Positions 47,670 to 59,245 of a stretch of DNA of 64,000 nt are shown here, one piece after another. This DNA comes from Laetmonice hystrix (taxonomy: Eukaryota). Location of the stretch: assembly GCA_965235115.1 (NCBI GenBank), contig OZ249436.1, forward strand, positions 30,070,001 through 30,134,000. Direction: 5' to 3'. Numbering within the stretch: position 1 is the stretch's first letter; every line of letters begins with the position of its first letter. The notes under the pieces are model-generated. The model saw only the letters and a program-made list of their open reading frames with translations, made no database searches and had not been told where the DNA came from. Both the position numbers and the translations under genes were made by a program.

Positions 47670-50600
47670 ATGGATGTTATATAATGATGAACATTACTGG
47701 TTTTGTGTTAGCAAGGCTCATGGATGTGTCCATGTTGAAGCCAGGCTGCCTGGATAACTCTGGACGGCATGAACAGTCCCTTTTCAAAAATCCAACCAAA
47801 CATTTATTTATATCAAAGTATTATCTCAGTAAAAACGTAAACAATACCTTTCAATATTTCTTTGGAACTTAACTTTTTAGAAATAAATGTACTATTATAT
47901 GCTTTCCGAATAAGGTTATAACCATGGTATTTCTTGAGATGGGTGATTAACAAAACGTAAGTCAAATTGTTTGCAGAATATAGCTGCCCTGGACGTACTG
48001 AATACCCTGCAGAAATTCCTATCAGGGTAAATTTAAAAAACAGGGGCCTTATTCGAATCCACGCCCCAGCTATTGAGAAGGAATCATATCGGTATATTGC
48101 TATTACGATGGCCTGTCGTTTGAAAGCTTGCATCATTATGATGCCTGCGTTTGATAACTTGCAGGCTAGAGATGCTTAGTGGTGGGTGGCCGGAGCTGAT
48201 TCAGCTCTTCGGAGAGTATCAGCCTCCGCAGCATGTGAGGGCGAGTCGGAGTCCTCGCCCTTTATCTCAAACAGCCACGGATCAGAGGATGAGACGAGCT
48301 TTGTGATGTCTGATATAGAGACAAGGGCTGTATGATGCATGCGTTGGCAGCCCAGTTATACAGCGCCGGCAGGTCAAACGTCGGGCGATGGGATTGTGCG
48401 AGTGTTGTTGGCAGCCCCTGCTGAAAGTAGCAATGTATATTAGGCCTATGTTGTGGCAGCGACAATGTATTTATGGCCGAGATCTGTAGGATATTCAGCT
48501 AGTTACTGTATCTTTTTGGTGGGATACCGCTAATGTTTATGCAGAACCGATGCTGCAGGGAAAGAAGGCGTGCACAGATGCAAGGCAGGACGTGGGGGGA
48601 GGCCTCCGGCCAGTGATCACACGACCTGACACCTCCGGATTGGGATTCCTGTACTCATCTCTGGATTACAACACCCTTCATGCCCTTTCAGGGTTAGTTT
48701 TCAGGCTTTCCTGGAGATTTTCGACTTTTTGGGGGGGGGGGGGGGGTGCTGCGAGTTTGGGGGGGGGGGGAGAGTAATGCAAACTATTTCCCCTTGGAAT
48801 TTTTTGGGGGGGGGGGTAGCTGAATTATTAGGGGAGTCCCCCCCCCCAAAAAAAAATTGGCCTGCAGGAAACCCTGGTTTTATTTGCCGCTGCAAGATCC
48901 AGGGGCATTAGAAGCTATTTTTAAGTTGGTGGGGAATATAGTAAATCTTTGCCCTATTCAGAGTCATCAGTTGACCTTTTTATTTGTTTGCCTGTATCCG
49001 GAAAGATTTGACCGTTTACAAATGTATATTCGATGGGAAGGTCCCACTTCTAACGCCGCTGAGATCGGTTGTTTTCCCCCGTCGTTCACGTTTCCACCAA
49101 CAGTCAAAGTGGCCGGCTGGATATGGTCGCTGAGGCGTAAAATGGGAAATGTTTTCTTTTCATTTTTGTAGGTGGTTTTCTTGCTCTCGGGTCTTGTGGA
49201 ATTACAGACACGCATCTTACTGTGAGCACCATAGCTGATTGTGCTTCAAGTCTGGGAGAAAAATGGCCCCAGTGGACTGTCACCTTGATTGTCGCCTGGA
49301 AACATTCTATAGTCAGTATAGTCTATAAAACCGTTCTTGTTTACTGGCACCCGTAGATAACGAATTTATTCCAAAAATAGTTTGTTTTACTCCAACCAGG
49401 TTTCTCTCTCTGTGTGTCTGGTCGGTGTCGCTGTGTTGGAATGATCGGCTTGTCTGGCTACATCCCACCGTGGTGAACCAATTGATGGGCAGTATGTGGG
49501 GAGGGGGAGCTTTAAAAAAAACGACCGCCGCTGGAGCTGTGATTGCGGATCATGGTCATATTAAGAGGGCAGTTTTCGGAAATGGCTTGCGAAATGCAGG
49601 AAGGTTGGGCCTTACAAAAGCGACCGCTTTGCATAAAGGAAATAGTTACCATATCTACATATTAACCGTAATTCTGCAGCAGTTTTAGAAGGCTGTGGTA
49701 TGAGAGTGGTTTTACCTGGAAAAGAAAGCGGCGGTAATGATTGTGTACGTGACATTATGTTGTCGCACATATAGGGTTCTTTTGATCCGGAGAAGGACGT
49801 GTCCCAACACACAATCGAGGTCTTGGGTATCCATTGAGTGCAGGAGTAACTATTGGCTGGAACAGGCTTTGAAAGACAGTGTTCGAAATAATTATATGTG
49901 CAATGTAGAAATGAGAACCCCCAGTTTGATTTAGAATTGCACCTTTCGGTGTTTCCTTGTTGCAAGCGTGACATGACACAAAGAGATGTCAATTCTCAGA
50001 CAGCGGACACGGACGGATCCAATGTTCTGAGTATTTCGGAACTGATAAAAAAAAGAGTCCACAGCATGTGGCTGCAGGAAAAAAGAATGTCGCAATAAAA
50101 GTACCCTTCAGATCCTTCACCTAGTCGTTATCAAGATCCACTACTCGTCCGACGACAAAAGGGATCATGAAAAGCACGAACCAGTTTGAAGGGTTCTGGG
50201 GAACCGCATGGACATTATTGCTGCAGTTTACATTGAAGTATGCCATAACATGTGGGGAATCGAGTCTTGGCGAGGAATTAGGAGATGTAAAGTTGGTATG
50301 TGATTCAGGCTATAATGTTGTGAGTAGGTAAGTGGTTAGAAACCCCTGTCGACAAGTATGAGCCATTTGCCGGGCAGGAATGCCGTATTTATGGCCCATA
50401 GGTAACTATGTTAACCTACCTGTGAGGAGATTTGTGGATCCCGAGCCCACAGATGATGATCATGCTGATAAATGAGTAGAGATCTTGGAATACTGCAGCA
50501 GGTTGAGAACACAGTGTATATATAACCAAAAGCTTTGAAATAGGTACATGTATACAAAAAAAACCATGAGAATTGAAGGTATGTCATATAAAAGACCCGC

Positions 50601-51104
50601 AAATACAATGAACCTTTACCCGAAAGCTTGGCTTCTCTGACGTAATATTGTAAACGCCTAATTGTGAATTGGAGAGCAGATAATTTTGTATGAATGATAG
50701 AATTTGACTACAGAAGGTTTTCAACCAATGACGGGGTTATAGTCAGATGGTCGGATAGAGAAGACGTTCGATTTGTAGTGGCAGTGACCCTGTGACGGTT
50801 ATGGTGAACGTTATGGATATTATATGTTCTTGTGACCACCCTCAACCTGTGCCGGGAGAGGTGGCCGGTCAGTAAGAGAGCAGTGGGGACCGCCTCCAGT
50901 GGCAGGATATACAGCAGGTTGCCCTTGTATTGATTCTGTCTGGAGAAGATTGGATTTCGTGGATATTGCCTGCATCTCTGTGCATGGACGGCCGCTGTGT
51001 TACTTTGTCCTTATGTAGATCTGACATCTGGAAGAATATGTAAACCTGGGTTACCTTGTGAACATTCGGAATGAATTTGCTGGTTAGTTGAGTTGTAGGA
51101 ACCA

Positions 51105-52848
51105 GGGCCCATATTCATAAAAGCTAACTTAGCTGCTTATTAGGACGTAGTAAGTTTCTAAATCCCAAAGTTACCATCTTAGCAGTTAAATAAATTTTAA
51201 GTAATAAAACCTTACTAGGAACAATTCTAGCTAGTGGGTAACTAGGACAAATTATAAATATAGATCTATACTTGAATGGCAATGGCAGTTATATTCCTAT
51301 GTAATACTGCTGTCGCACCGATAACAGTCCTCAGGGTTTCTCAGTCGACTTTCTAGATGGAGAATATGAGAGCGACACTTCTACCTCCCAATCGTTTGCT
51401 CTACCGATACTCTTGTGCATTTTTATGAGCACAGATGAAACGCCGTTCTGCAGCATGCAGTTTCTGGATGCGGGGGAGGGGGTGTCATCAACCATTTTGC
51501 GACAATGGATAGCACTGTCTCCAAGAATGCCACGAACCACCGCACGTTCCATAGTTTTCTATACGGCCTATCATGGGCAGATCCAGGCCATGCATCTTGC
51601 CCATATATGTTAATCCACAGTGGCCCACGGGGGGGGGGGGGGGGGGAATTCGGGGGGAGGCCCGATCCTATTTTCCAAACTCTTGCCTATTTTCTATTTT
51701 TCTATGTTTCAGGAATAAAAAGAATGGAATCTCGTTGAAAGATTTGGGAGAAATTTTTACTCGATATGTTTAGAAAAGACGTATCCGGCGTTTCTGAAAA
51801 AAAGGTTCTGGGAGAGGCCCCCAGACCCCCCCCCCCCCCGAAAATAGGCCACCGATTATCCACTGAAAGGTGCCCCCTTTTCCTGAAATCCTGGATCCGC
51901 CACTGATTCACTTGCCTCTATCATCAGAAATCACTTGCATGTTAAGAGAATGGTACCATTTCCTATTAAATTAACGTACTTGAAGTCATGCTCGTGCGGA
52001 CGGATTAGCCATATGTGCGTGCCGTCGATACTACTCTCGGAAAGTAGAAACCATTCTTGACTTGGCCTAGGTTGCCTTGGTCGGAAAATTTCACAAAGTT
52101 GTTTATTTTGTGTGCCAGTGCTTTGGAAACTGAATGGCTCTAGAAGCTGTGGGTTGAGACACTTCCAAGGGATCACCCACAATGTTATGGAATATTGTGT
52201 GCCACTATATCTGTAATCGCCATGATTCCTTCACAGCAAAATTGGTATTGCTTTAACAACTCTTCATCGCTAAAAATATCCAGTGGGTATCCTTCAGTCC
52301 CAGAATACACGTTCTCTTCTCATTGCACGACGGAGTCGTGCCAACTCAAGGATTCGACTTGCCATGTTGTCACCTTGCACTGTCTTGTTGAGTAAGGAAT
52401 TAGTTGCTAAGCCCACCGCAGACGACGAACAATTGTTCGCGAACATTTTGTTCACGAACAAAAATCCGCACGTGTGCTGTGATCAAAACGCCGAACAATT
52501 GCTCGTCGGTATTCGACATGTTTAATATTACTGAACAAATGTTTTTCATCTGCGGTAAACCACGAATTTCTGTTAAACATCTGCATGTCGAATACCGACG
52601 AACAATAAATTATAATTCTTCACGAACAATAATTGTCCGTGTGGATTTTTGTTCGTGAACAAATCTTCGCGAACATGTTCGTCGTCTGCAGTGGCCTTTG
52701 TTTTGCTCAGGATCAACTCTAACTTTAGTAAGCAACTAGGCGTAGTAAGGTTTTATGAATAACATTTAGTCGCCGACTGGGCTTAGATGCCAACTTTGGG
52801 CTAAATTGGTAATCAACTAGCCTTAGTAAGCTTTTGTGAATATGGACT
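51105..52848. mobile_element. Inverted ~130-bp MITE-family ends (PIF/Harbinger-like), one element or two copies
   Basis: CCATATTCATAAAAGCTAACT near 51110 vs reverse-complement CCATATTCACAAAAGCTTACT near 52840. Confidence 0.4.
52411..52696. mobile_element. MITE, GAAC/GTTC-rich family
   Basis: TIRs GCCCACCGCAGACGACGAAC / GTTCGTCGTCTGCAGTGGCC; same family as 62929-63750. Confidence 0.8.
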
Positions 52849-53384
52849 CTCCCTTGTAGAGGCCAGCCAGGACTGTATCTGATACAGGAGAAAGGAGTGC
52901 CTCAACCAGAGCTTGTAGAGTAGCAGCCGGCAGTGTCCCATATCCCTAATGTTGTATAGGAGCCAGGACTATAATATCCCACCAGTTAGTACGACAGCTC
53001 GCATTAAACACAAGCACTCGCGTCTGGGCCTGATGTAGTACTGTCCTACCACTCAAGCTGACGTGTATGGGACACGATAAATATTGCGTGCTATTCATGG
53101 AGACAGTTTATTACTCTCAACTACAGACCTTGATGGCCAAATGATTCATACTTTGCATGGCCATGAGCATAAATGATGTACAGCGGAATTTGTTTTTGTT
53201 TGAACAGTGTCACAATGACATTTTGTTGCATTTTCCAGGGATTCTCCTGACTTTAGAGAATGAAACAGGAAGGTGATTTTGTTGACCTATTTTTGTAAAA
53301 CGCACTTACTACGTATCCGCGCCCCAGATTTTAATAGTTTCTTCCACAGTGTAAGAAGTTCTCCTTGATGATCATTTATGACAA

Positions 53385-53408
53385 ATTATTTTTTTCTTTC
53401 AGGTAAGC
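53385..53408 (+). other. Candidate recursive splice site (polyY-CAG|GTAAGC)
   Basis: attatttttttctttcag|gtaagc; second donor CTG|GTAAGT at 53539. Confidence 0.55.
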
Positions 53409-54392
53409 CGCCTTTATGCCATAATAGAACATCGTTATGAGTTGGTGCTTATCGTAATGGTGTTGGCATCAGAAGTGGGCGTCGTAGACTAGATCACTCA
53501 GCCAGCCTATTGTAAAGAGCTCTGCTTGATAAATCCTGGTAAGTGAAAGGCCGTGGGAGCAACCGGCAGGGTCTGATCAGGCTGATTTTTTCATGTGATG
53601 CATTGCATTTCCTTCTGTAAAATATTATCATTGTCAGGAAACCAAGTCTTTTAGTAGCCATGTATCCATTTACAGTTTGGATCTAAGGGAATAATTTAAT
53701 CCATCGTTTTGATATTTGGAGAACAAAATAAGTGGATATACACCGTATGACTCCCTATATCGCAGATATTCCAGGGTGCCCGATATTCCACGCTAAGTTT
53801 TCCCTCAAAATTGCCGGACATTCCAAAATTTTACATATTCCAAAAGTTGAATAGGAGGAGGCCTTTTCGGTTCCACACACACAAAAATTTGTGTCTTCTT
53901 TTCGACCCTTGTTTACAACGTTGGTTAATTACAGTCGAGTAACCAGTATGTTGAAGGTTTGAAGTTGTGCCGAGTGTTGACACTGGGCCAAGGACGGGCA
54001 GACCTGACAGCTCCCTCTTTGAGTGAGTTAATAACGCCGTTATAAATCGATGGCCAAGTGTCTTTACTTGCTGCTGACCACACTACCCTCTGAGCCAGCT
54101 GAGACCTTCACAGAAGAACCCGATCTCCTTCTAATAGGGATTTCTTAAAACTGCCGGGCGCAGTGGCTTTGTCTGAAAAAGTGCTGAAATTGTAGCTTCC
54201 CTGAAGGAGCCAAACTGCTGGATTATTTCCAAGAAGGGACCCCGGGGTGCTATTGTATTGTAAAAGCACGCCCAACGTTGGACGGCGTCTCAAATTAGAC
54301 CATTGATCTTTATTATCCCATCCCCCCTGAAGGGGATGGGATCTTGAAGTTGTATGGTTTCATCTTCCCTATTATTATTATACATGTAGGGT

Positions 54393-54424
<32 letters not shown>
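54393..54424. repeat. (GTA)n microsatellite
   Basis: direct reading. Confidence 0.95.
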
Positions 54425-55019
54425 CGTTAACCCATGGTCGTATTTTGGTCATTTTTTAAGATATCTTAATGAAACTTGGTGGGGAGATAGGTACTGGGAT
54501 TCTCTACTATGCAAATGAGTTATGACGTCATATGACGTAACGTCATGGAGTTATGACGTACTAATGGTTCCATATATAAAGGCCAATATTTCATTGAAAA
54601 TGAAGATTTTTTTTAAACAACTCATACCATTGTTATTGGGACATGATCCCCTAAATTTTGTTTGGTCAATTTGACCTTTGACCTTTGACCTATATGACAC
54701 TAAGGTCAAAATGTTGCAGTTACTTAAATCCCTACTAGTCCCACAAATTTTGAAGAAATTCCATAAAACTGAACTCAAGCAAGGACATTAGTGGCCTCAG
54801 TACAGGAACGTTTTGGGATGAGCGATTTGACCTATATTAAGGGAGTCACGTGACCTCAAAGATGAGTAAAATTGCAAGAAAGGAGTATTACTCAATTTAC
54901 AAGCTAAAAAAGCCTGATATCATTCACCATTTGTAGGTACTACTCACAAAAGTACGATGGCCCAAAATTACAATTTGTGGTACAGACTACTAAAATGCTT
55001 TCTTCACGGGTAACAACTG

Positions 55020-58000
55020 AAAATAGAGTGAAGGTGATATCTTTCGGAATTTTACCATTGGGTTCAGGATTTGACCGATTTCCCACGAATTTGAAAAATC
55101 CAAGATGGCGGCCAAGTTGACCTAATTTCCGATTTCAGCACCATTGGATTGGGTAATAGGTCAACTGTCTCTGACTCCGAGATGGCTCCCCTAAATTCAG
55201 TAGTTTCTATGTTATGGGCCCTCAAAGTTGGCCCTTTTGGGTCATTTTCAACTAAAAATCAGTGATATCTCGAAAACGGTTAAAGATATCAATGTCTGGT
55301 TTTCACCATTAGGTTTAGGATGAAAACCTTGACCCATTTCCACCGAATTTGAAAAATCCAAGATGGCGGCCAAGTTGACCTAATTTCCGATTTCAGCACC
55401 ATTGGATTGCATAATAGGTCAACTGTCTCTGACTCCGAGATGGCCCCCCTAAATTCAGTAGTTTTCATGTTATGGCCCCTCAAAGTTGGCCCTTTTAGGT
55501 CATTTTCAACCAAAAATCAGTGATATCTCGAAAACCGTTAAAGATATCAATGTCTGGTTTTCACTATTAGGTTTAGGATGAAAAACATGACCCATTTTTC
55601 CTGAATTTAAAAAATCCAAGATGGCGGCCAAGTTGACCTAATTTCCGATTTCAGCACCATTGGATTGCATAATAGGTCAACTGTCTCTGACTCCGAGATG
55701 GCCCCCCTAAATTCAGTAGTTTTCATGTTATGGCCCCTCAAAGTTGGCCCTTTTAGGTCATTTTCAACCAAAAATCAGTGATATCTCGAAAACCGTTAAA
55801 GATATCAATGTCTGGTTTTCACTATTAGGTTTAGGATGAAAAACATGACCCATTTTTCCTGAATTTAAAAAATCCAAGATGGCGGCCAAGTTGACCTAAT
55901 TTCCGATTTCAGCACCATTGGATTGCATAATAGGTCAACTGTCTCTGACTCCGAGATGGCTCCCCTAAATTCAGTAGTTTCCATGTTATGGCCCCTCAAA
56001 GTTGGCCCTTTTAGGTCATTTTCAACCAAAAATCAGTGATATCTCGAAAACGGCTAAAGATATCAATGTCTGATTTGCACCATTAGGTTTAGGATGAAAA
56101 ACATGACCCATTTTTCCTGAATTTAAAAAATCCAAGATGGCGGCCAAGTTGACCTAATTTCCGATTTCAGCACCATTGGATTGCATAATAGGTCAACTGT
56201 CTCTGACCCTAAATTCAGTAGTTTCCATGTTATGGCCCCTCAAAGTTGGCCCTTTTGGGTCATTTTCAACCAGAAATCCGTGATATCTCGAAAACGGTTA
56301 AAGATATCAATGTCTGGTTTTCACCATTGGGTTTAGGATGAAAGACGTGACCCATTTTCCCCTAAATTTGAAAAATCCAACATGGCGGCCAAGTTGACCT
56401 AATTTCCGATTTCTGCATCATTGAATTGGGTAATACGTCAACTGTCTCTGACACTGACATGGGTCCCCTAAATTCAATAGTTTCCATGTGATGGTCCCTC
56501 AAAGTTGGCCCTTTTAGGGTATTTTCAACCAAAATCAGTGATATCTCGAAAACCGTTAAAGATATCAATGTCTGGTTTTCAGCATTAGGTTTAAGATGAA
56601 AAACTTGACCCATTTTCCCCGAATTTGAAAAATCCAAGATGGCGGCCAAGTTGACCTAATTTCCGATTTCAGCACCATTGGATTGCATAATAGGTCAACT
56701 GTCTCTGACTCCGAGATGGCCCCCCTAGATTCAGTAGTTTTCATTTTATGGCCCCTCAAAGTTGGCCCTTTTAGGTCATTTTCAACCAAAAATCAGTGAT
56801 ATCTCGAAAACGGCTAAGGATATCGATAGACAGGTTCTGCTATCCCGTTCCGTCTCCGGCTCCGGGATCGGCTATGCCGATCTCGGCGCCGGAGACGGAA
56901 CGTCGTATTTTGGTTCTGCTACGCCGGCGCCGCCGCGTAATAGGAAGTCAATTTTTTTTAAACTCAGGTCTACCATTCTGGCCGGTGGACCACGCATCTC
57001 GAATCGCCGTCATAATGGCGGTCGGGAAAAAAAACCCGCGAACATGGCCGCATACCTCGAAAACTTTACAACCTAGCTTTCACCAAACTTTCAGAGAATA
57101 GAGAGACACAATCATGTTTTTAGTCGATATTGCAAATTTCATAAGAATCGGTTCAGTAATTACATTTCTGTCGATGGTAATTTGAACCCCTATCTGGGTC
57201 CTATCCTTTAACATTGTGTCGCCCTGCGATCGCCATGCGATGACACGGCCTAGCTGCAGTGAATGCAAAATAGCACATCACTTTATGACCAAAATAGTTG
57301 AAAATACCACGAGATAATTGTGCTGACAGCCGATTCACTAAAGTCTTCAAATATTAATCCAACTACTTGACACTTCAAATCCATTGTATCAACTCATGGA
57401 AAGAAGAAATCGAGGAAAACCCTATGCCGTTAGACACTTACGGGACAGAGCCGATCTGTCTCGGGACCCGGGAACGGCTCAGCTTCAAATACGCGCGTCT
57501 CGATGACGTCACGGTATTTTCTGATGACGCGATGCTGTGCTAAGCCGGAGCCGGAGACGGAACCGGGATAGCAGAACCTCTCTAATGTCTGGTTTGCACC
57601 ATAGGGTTTAGGATGAAAAACATGACCCATTTTCCCTGAATTTGAAAAATCCAAGATGGCGGCCAAGTTGACCTAATTTCCGATTTCATCACCATTGGAT
57701 TCCATAATAGGTCAACTGTCTCTGACTCCGAGATGGCTCCCCTAAATTCAGTAGTTTCCATGTTATGGCCCCTCAAAGTTGGCCCTTTTGGGTCATTTTC
57801 AACCAGAAATCAGTGATATCTCGAAAACGGTTAAAGATATCAATGTCTGGTTTTCACCATTGGGTTTAGGATGAAAAACTTGACCCATTTTCCCCGAATT
57901 TGAAAAATCCAAGATGGCGGCCAAGTTGACCTAATTTCCGATTTCTGCATCATTGAATTGGGTAATACGTCAACTGTCTCTGACTCCGAGATGGCTCCCT

Positions 58001-58385
58001 TAAATTCAGTAGTTTTCATGTTATGGGCCCTCAAAGTTGGCCCTTTTGGGTCATTTTCAACCAAAAATCAGTGATATCTCGAAAACCGTTAAAGATATCA
58101 ATGTCTGGTTTGCACCATAGGGTTTAGGATGAAAAACATGACCCATTTTCCCCGAATTTGAAAAACCTAAGATGGCGGCCAAGTTGACCTAATTTCCGAT
58201 TTCAGCACCATTCGATTGCATAATAGGTCAACTGTCTCTGACTCCGAGATGGCTCCCCTAAATTCAGTAGTTTCCATGTTATGGCCCCTCAAAGTTGGCC
58301 CTATTGGGTCATTTTCAACCAAAAATCAGTGATATCTCGAAAACGGTTAAAGATATCAATGTTTGGTTTTGACCATTGGGTTTAT
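55020..58385. repeat. 258-bp tandem array (~10 units) inside the HINE-like element
   Basis: CAAGATGGCG recurs at 55101, 55359, 55617, 55875, 56133, 56378 (13-bp deletion), 56635, 57652, 57910, ~58168. Confidence 0.95.
56828..57583. mobile_element. ~756-bp MITE inserted in the 258-bp array
   Basis: ~40-bp TIRs AGACAGGTTCTGCTATCCCGTTCCGTCTCCGGCTCCGG / CCGGAGCCGGAGACGGAACCGGGATAGCAGAACCTCTCT; interrupts a unit at GATATC-AAT-GTC. Confidence 0.85.
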
Positions 58386-59083
58386 GAGGAAGTCATACAT
58401 CTTTGGTTTGACACGATTATTTTTTAGGTCACATGACCTATGACGGCATAAAGATTTCAATATTATCTCAGGACTATAAATGGTAAATGGTTGAATTTAG
58501 AGGCATAGCTGCTATTGATGTCAAATAGGAAGTCATATATATGCTCTTTCATTTCGCACAATATTATTTTAGGTCACGTGAGCGATGATGTCATAATGAT
58601 GTCATCGATATTTTCTCAGGGCTATAACTTGTAAATGGTTCAAGTTAGAGCCATAGTTACTATTAATTAAACACTAATAGGAAATCATACATTCTCTTTC
58701 GTTTGACACCACTATAATTCAGGTCACGTGAACTATGACGTCATAATGGTGCTATCTATATTTTCTCAGGGTTATAACTTGTAACTGGTGGAAGATAGAG
58801 TCAGTAATGGGACATATGACGTCATAATGATGTCATTGCCATAATGATGTCATTGCCATCTTCTAAGGCTCATAACTCAGAAACGATGCAAGATAAAGCC
58901 CTACTTCTTAAAAGGAAAAGAAAGGATACATAGCAAATGACATAAAAAGGGCCTTGCTACATAGGCTATGTAAATATGCAGGCCTATCGTTCCTAGAGGG
59001 GATGGGATCTCATGTGGCCCCTGCCACATGGCGTCTAGTTGTGATTATTGCAGCAATCATTGTATCGGTTTCCGCCTCTGAGA

Positions 59084-59245
59084 CCTCTGGGGCTGTTTGG
59101 GGACATGCCTCTGGGGCTGTTTAGGGACATGCCTCTGGGGCTGTTTGGGGACATGCCTCTGGGGCTGTTTGGGGACATGCCTCTGGGGCTGTTTGGGGAC
59201 ATGCCTCTGGGGCTGTTTGGGGACATGCCTCTGGGGCTGTTTGGG
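59084..59245. repeat. 24-bp minisatellite (~6.7 units, CCTCTGGGGCTGTTTGGGGACATG)
   Basis: direct reading. Confidence 0.95.

Larger units (their letters stand above)
54310..59040 (+). mobile_element. Non-autonomous Helentron/HINE (DINE-1-like) element
   Basis: 5' subTIR ATCCCATCCCC (54315) with adjacent inverted copy (54332), (GTA)n microsatellite, central tandem array, 3' subTIR GGGGATGGGAT (58998) followed by hairpin CATGTGGC-ccct-GCCACATG and CTAGTT. Confidence 0.7.

Noticed and set aside
50321-50335. Third AGGTAAG as a recursive site
   Set aside because: No polypyrimidine tract upstream
55289-58064. Repeated 64-104 aa ORFs (MVENDLKGPTL..., MAAILDFSNS...)
   Set aside because: Translations of the 258-bp tandem unit; no protein signature
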